From a cyanobacterium endosymbiont of Rhopalodia gibba (GTDB lineage: Bacteria > Cyanobacteriota > Cyanobacteriia > Cyanobacteriales > Microcystaceae), in contig CP067995.1 of the NCBI GenBank assembly GCA_045159875.1, positions 2,112,001-2,176,000 of the forward strand: 64,000 nt of DNA, written 5' to 3'. Positions within the stretch are counted from its first letter, which is position 1. Every line of letters starts with the position of its first letter. Both the position numbers and the translations under genes were made by a program. This document shows, one piece after another, positions 58,916 through 64,000 of this stretch. The notes under the pieces were generated by a model. The model had not been told where the DNA came from. It saw only the letters and a list, made by a program, of their open reading frames with translations, and ran no database searches.

Positions 58916-59034
58916 TTTCATTCATGTTTCACGGGTTTTTGCCTTCCTATAACTCTGTCCTATTTTTAAGAGAAAATTAATGAACCTTAACATAATACAA
59001 TGATTTACTTCTAAATTTAGGAGTAAATCATCTG

Positions 59035-59284
59035 ATGGCAGAATTATTTGGATTGTTCAGTAACAAAACCAAGGATGTTTACAAACTTAGTCTATAAGCC
59101 TTTCAACAGGAAAAAAGAAAGATTTCATTCTCAAATCTGATGATGTAAAAAGATTATGAAATGCGGAGTTTATGAAGAAATCTCTTTAATCAAGAAAAAT
59201 CTGGCTGATAGCAATGGGTTTGTTCTTAAAAAACTATTTCACTCTAAACCTCAATCCGATCCCGCAGCAGAAGAAAACACTTAA
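59035..59284 (+). pseudogene. Conserved cyanobacterial hypothetical protein, decayed
   Basis: MAELFGLFSNKTKDV, then a shifted DFILKSDDVKRL*NAEFMKK, resembling the MAGFFGLF...FFLEPDDAKSLGNVEFMRK family. Confidence 0.5.
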
Positions 59285-59671
59285 AAGTTGTCGTAGTGAC
59301 AGTAACATAGATATGTTTTGTTAAATAAACCGTAAGCTTAATAAGTAAGTTAATCTAGCTTTCTAAACATTCTTTATAGAACGCTTAATAATTAAGTTAG
59401 ATAGAGATAAATAATGGATTTTCTTAGTTTTAAATTAAGTTTATTTTAAAAAATAAAAAATTTAGATGGTGTAACAACTTTTATTGTTTTTAATATTAAA
59501 AGCAATAATTTTTTTTATTTTTTTTAATCTTACCAAATATTTTAAAATACTAATTAACTCAAAGTTCATCTACTAATAAAATATATAATTTTTCTACTTG
59601 CTCTAATTCTGGAGAGTAAGTTTGCAGATATTCTCTATGAATTTGTCAAAAAATATTTATTTTTACTATAC

Positions 59672-59715
59672 TTTTTTAAGTAACTATTTTTTTAAAAAAA
59701 TAGTTACTTAAAAAA
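59672..59715. repeat. Perfect 44-bp palindrome
   Basis: ttttttaagtaactattttttt|aaaaaaatagttacttaaaaaa. Confidence 0.92.
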
Positions 59716-61446
59716 TCAATATACTTTTCTTAATATTTTTAAAATTCAATAAAATTATTTAATGTTTATTTTTAATTAGGTTTTTAAAGTAAATTAAATT
59801 TTATTATTTCTATGATTAATCGACTTAATCTTTTTTATTCTTTTGCAAAAAAACTCTATATATACTTAGGTGAATGTATCTATTTTTTATAGATTAAAGC
59901 AAAAATATTTAAATTTTTAATAAATTTTTTTATGAAGTATTTTTATTTTTTTGTCCAATAATTAACTTTTAATACTATCTATATTTATTGATTTATATTG
60001 GCATTAACTTAAATTAAATAACTATTCGATTGATTGCTTTATAAATAAAAGTCACTATATCTTCTTTGGTATAATTATTTATTTTTACAGTTTTTTATCC
60101 ATTCTTTGTAATTAATTTACAAGATACTTTACGAAGTTGAGACTATTCTCTTTCTGCTATATATTTTTACTTTTTATTTACTTAATTTTTAATTTGAATT
60201 AACTAATATGTAAAAAATATATACGCTTAAACTTTTTTATTTTAATTATTTTTTCTGATCAAGAATCACTTTTTACAGTCTATCCTAATAGAGGACATTG
60301 TAGACTATGAGCACATTCAATAATTTTTTAAATCCTCTAAAATAGTGTTTTTTTTGTTAGAATTAACCTAATAATTAAAGATTATACTAAAACCAGTTCT
60401 AAAATTATGGACTTTATTAGAGATAAAAAACTGTTGGGTTAATAATTTCATAAAAATAAGTATTTTTTTTAAATTTTTGACAAATAAACTATTTAGTTAC
60501 GTACTTTTCTTTATAAAGAATATTTGTCTCTTCAAAAAAGTTTATCATTATTTGTAAAAATTTTCAATTTTACTTCTTCTATGAAGTGGCTAGTTTACCT
60601 ATTTTTTATACAAAAAAAATAACTAAATTATCTTAGTTACTATTAAAAAAAATGATGTATTTTTTGTATTTTTAACATAAGCATCAAAACTCATCAAGTT
60701 ATATTAATTAAATTAATCTTTTTTTGTATAGATCTTTATTTATTGTTCTTGACAAGATTTTATATTAAAATTTTTAGCATAATATAATTTATAGTTGATT
60801 AATTTATTGTCCTTGTTGCTAACTAAGCTATCTCTTAATAAGATAATTAATTTATAGCTTAGTTAGTAACTTTTTTTTTCTAGGGAGAATTATTACTTCT
60901 TCTTTGTAGTTAGCTTTCAGTAAATTTTCAATACATCAAGAACCTATATGACTATTAGTAGTCCTTTGCTGAAGCAATAGTTAGCAAATAATTAACTATC
61001 AAGGAATAAACCCTCCCCAATTATAACTGTAAGACATAGGATTTTTGCTGTTAAAGGGAAGTCACCCCTAATTTAGAATGTAGCAAACCTATCTTAGGAA
61101 CAGCCCATAAAGAAATACTGTAACTATATACTAAATGAGCACTGTGATAAGAATTAATAACATTTTTTCTTTGTTTATCTACTAAAAAAATAGATTAAGT
61201 TTTTTGTAAAAATTAAAAAGATAACATTAGAAGCAATAACTTTAAGAAAAAGTCAAATGTAACTTAATCAGTTACTCTTGTCGAGTCTTATTTGAGTTTT
61301 AGTAATCGGAAAAATTACATTAAAATAGAATACCAGGGATAAAAAAATAAGAGACTCAGAAATAATATTTTTTATCTATTAAAATAATTTACGTATGAAG
61401 ATCTAATATCATCGACAGCCACAGAAACTCTGCTGATTTATACAAT

Positions 61447-62640
61447 ATGAAAAATTTCTTTCCAATCGACCGAAACTTCACCTCTACAACTAATGCAGAT
61501 GAATCGTTTTCTCAATTTCTTTTTCCCGAAGGCGCATCTATTATTTTAGGTGAACAATTCTCTAATACTTTGGTGATGCCCCTAGAACCCAATGCCACTA
61601 CTATGTTTGGCCCAAGAGGTGCTTGTTTAGTCTCTGAAACTGGTCCGTTATGGGTAGCAGACACAGGACATCATCGACTGTTGGGATGGAAAAATCGGCC
61701 TGAAACTGATGGCAAACCCGCAGACTTAGTGATTGGACAAACAGACTTTCACCAGGAAGGACAAAACGCTAATGGAACTCCTCAAAACAATACTTTCAGT
61801 GTTCCTACAGGGATTTGCACTTGTGGAGAAGGATTAGCGGTAGCTGATGCTTGGAACCATCGGGTCTTAATTTGGAAAGAACTACCGCAGGATCATAATG
61901 TTCCTGCGGATATTGTGTTAGGACAAACAGACTTTCACCAAAATCAAGTTAACCGAGGAGAAATTAATACAGCTGCGGATAGGATGCACTGGCCTTATGG
62001 CGTCTTTTACCATCAAGGTTGTTTTTTTGTCGCAGATACCGGAAATAGACGGGTTTTAGTGTGGAATCGACTTCCGGAAGTTAATGGACAACCGGCAGAT
62101 TTTGTTCTAGGACAGTCCCAGATGAATCTGCGGGACGAAAATGGAGGAGGAACCCCAACAGGTTCAAGTATGCGTTGGCCTCATGCGTTAGCAATTTGGC
62201 AAGATAACCTAGTTGTGACTGATGCGGGAAATAATCGTGTAATGATTTGGGATGGAATACCAACCGAAAATAATGTTCCCTGTAAATTAGTTTTAGGTCA
62301 ATCAAATTTTAAAGATGTAGAACTTAATCAAGGGGTTTATTGGCCATCTTCTAGTAGTTTAAGTATGCCGTATGGCGTAGCTGTTTGTAAGCAATGGCTG
62401 ATGGTGGCAGACACGTCTAATTCTCGTTTATTAGGGTGGACAAATTCCCTAGAGATGGGTATTCCTTCCCAAGGATTAATGGGTCAACTTAACTTTAGTA
62501 GTAAGGGAGAAAATCGTTCCTACGGGAGGACTTATCGTAATAGTTTAAATTGGCCTTATGGCATCTCCGTTTGTGGTGATACAGCTATTATTGCTGATTC
62601 TGGAAATAATCGAGTTTTACTGTGGTCTATTCAAAGTTAA
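61447..62640 (+). CDS. NHL-repeat beta-propeller protein (Alr0693-like, associated with uptake-hydrogenase maturation genes in diazotrophic cyanobacteria)
   Basis: Six VADTG.HR/NRVL.W repeats with ADLVIGQTDF-type spacers; intact 397 aa inside an AT desert. Confidence 0.85.
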   Translation: MKNFFPIDRNFTSTTNADESFSQFLFPEGASIILGEQFSNTLVMPLEPNATTMFGPRGACLVSETGPLWVADTGHHRLLGWKNRPETDGKPADLVIGQTDFHQEGQNANGTPQNNTFSVPTGICTCGEGLAVADAWNHRVLIWKELPQDHNVPADIVLGQTDFHQNQVNRGEINTAADRMHWPYGVFYHQGCFFVADTGNRRVLVWNRLPEVNGQPADFVLGQSQMNLRDENGGGTPTGSSMRWPHALAIWQDNLVVTDAGNNRVMIWDGIPTENNVPCKLVLGQSNFKDVELNQGVYWPSSSSLSMPYGVAVCKQWLMVADTSNSRLLGWTNSLEMGIPSQGLMGQLNFSSKGENRSYGRTYRNSLNWPYGISVCGDTAIIADSGNNRVLLWSIQS

Positions 62641-63366
62641 AACAAGTAAATAATTAATTCTAAATGGAAGTAACAAAGTAGATTTTTTGTATCTCTTATA
62701 TTTGGAAAAATTAGAGTTACAATTAAATTACTTTTATTGGCATTTTTTATGATATTTTTTTTTAGATTTTTTTTAGATAAATCATATTCATAATCAAAGA
62801 TACTTCCAGTAATTTCATGAGCTTTTATGTGATACCATTTTCCTTGTATAAGGGGATTTTAGTTATTTTTTTTTATTACGTGTAATTATTTTCTGTTTTT
62901 TAACTTCTTCTATACAAGAAACCCTTGTGAAGTTTTATAAACTATAAACAAATAGCTAATTGTTATATATTATAAGTTTTTTAATCTTTTTTTCAGAGCC
63001 TTTTAAGGAGTTTTATGTTATAAGTTTTTTTTCTAATTGTATGTGCTAAAAATTTAATATAATCTACAATTTATTTAACTTTCTACTATCTTGTAGTAGA
63101 ACATAATATTTATACTTTTATTGTTATTCTAGAAACAATTTTTAGATCGCGAATCAACTTTAATTGTACTTGTTCTTCTGATTGTATTAGCTGAGCTTTT
63201 AGGTAGACTTATATCTAGCACTCTTTTTTAACTGTTTGAAAACCTTTCTAAGAGTTATCAATTTTATTTAGAGATGTAACAAATTTATCTCTACTTAGAC
63301 AAAAAACTATCCCTGAATGAGGTATCATTAACCTTATATTTATTAATATAAGCCAGAAAACCAAAG

Positions 63367-63410
63367 ATTTTTTAATCTTAATTAAATTAATTTAATTAAG
63401 ATTAAAAAAT
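63367..63410. repeat. Perfect 44-bp palindrome
   Basis: attttttaatcttaattaaatt|aatttaattaagattaaaaaat. Confidence 0.92.
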
Positions 63411-64000
63411 GATTAGGCAATTCAGTCTAGCTATTAACTGAAATATGTCATGTTATTTTTTTACAATTTTATAATATTCAGTTTCTGTTCTTAGTTTTTT
63501 ATTAGTTATTTCCAACTATAAAGTCTAAATTTAAATTGTCTTTCCTAAAATTTAGATTTTATTAATAAATTTTAACTTCACTCATTTATAAGCTTTTTAC
63601 ATTTTTATAGATTTTCTAAAAAAACTTACTGATAAAATTATACAATTCAGGCAAAATGAAACTAAATCCTAATAAATTTATAAGCTAACTTGTATCGAGA
63701 TTAAGAGTCGTCATTACTTTGATTTTTTAATAAAAAGTAAATAAAAAAATGACATATATTGTAAATAAGTCTCTACTATAGAAGATACAACACAGAAGTT
63801 AGCTCTCATGTCTAACATCATGTATAAAATTAATGTTGATCATCTATTTTTTTGAGGAATTTTTATTTTTTTTAAAATGGACCAAAAGGAAATTATATTG
63901 AACTAACAATAAAAAATTAACTAGTAAAATGTTACATATAAAACCTTTAGAGTTGTAAATCAATGAAATCTATGGATTCATAATCTCTCTCTTTAATATA

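Noticed and set aside
61259..61275. Possible NtcA site upstream of the NHL gene (gtaac...gttac)
   Set aside because: Spacing is GTA-N11-TAC, not the canonical GTA-N8-TAC.

Overview
AT-rich cyanobacterial DNA (Crocosphaera/Cyanothece-like proteins) undergoing genome reduction. Apparently intact CDSs cover only about 28 kb of 64 kb (about 44%); the rest is pseudogenes and AT-rich deserts. Hand translation of the 'intergenic' DNA reveals decayed photosynthesis genes largely missed by the ORF track: psbO, psbA (D1), tandem nblA1/nblA2, and a full-length but multiply broken chlH. Also decayed are zur, a NifU-Rieske fusion of the uptake-hydrogenase accessory type, a J-domain protein, a DUF3370 protein, an MBL-fold hydrolase, and IS982 and IS200/IS605 (tnpB) remnants. 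Intact genes include the atp1-a-c-b'-b-delta-alpha-gamma operon, pdhC, rpiA, gcvH, purH/purQ/purS, cysK, miaB, mutM, deoC-recO-MFS, psb29, rbp3, a COP23-domain gene, an FHA-PBP1A and an NHL-repeat protein. This pattern best fits a non-photosynthetic cyanobacterial endosymbiont such as the N2-fixing spheroid body (diazoplast) of rhopalodiacean diatoms; this is inference, as no nif or rRNA genes are in the window. The most unusual sequence-level signals are long perfect palindromes and hairpins confined to dead DNA, two apparently written over former coding sequence, and HIP1 sites decayed by the transition expected from 5mC deamination. I found no convincing intact novel multi-gene system. All family assignments are by eye, not database searches.
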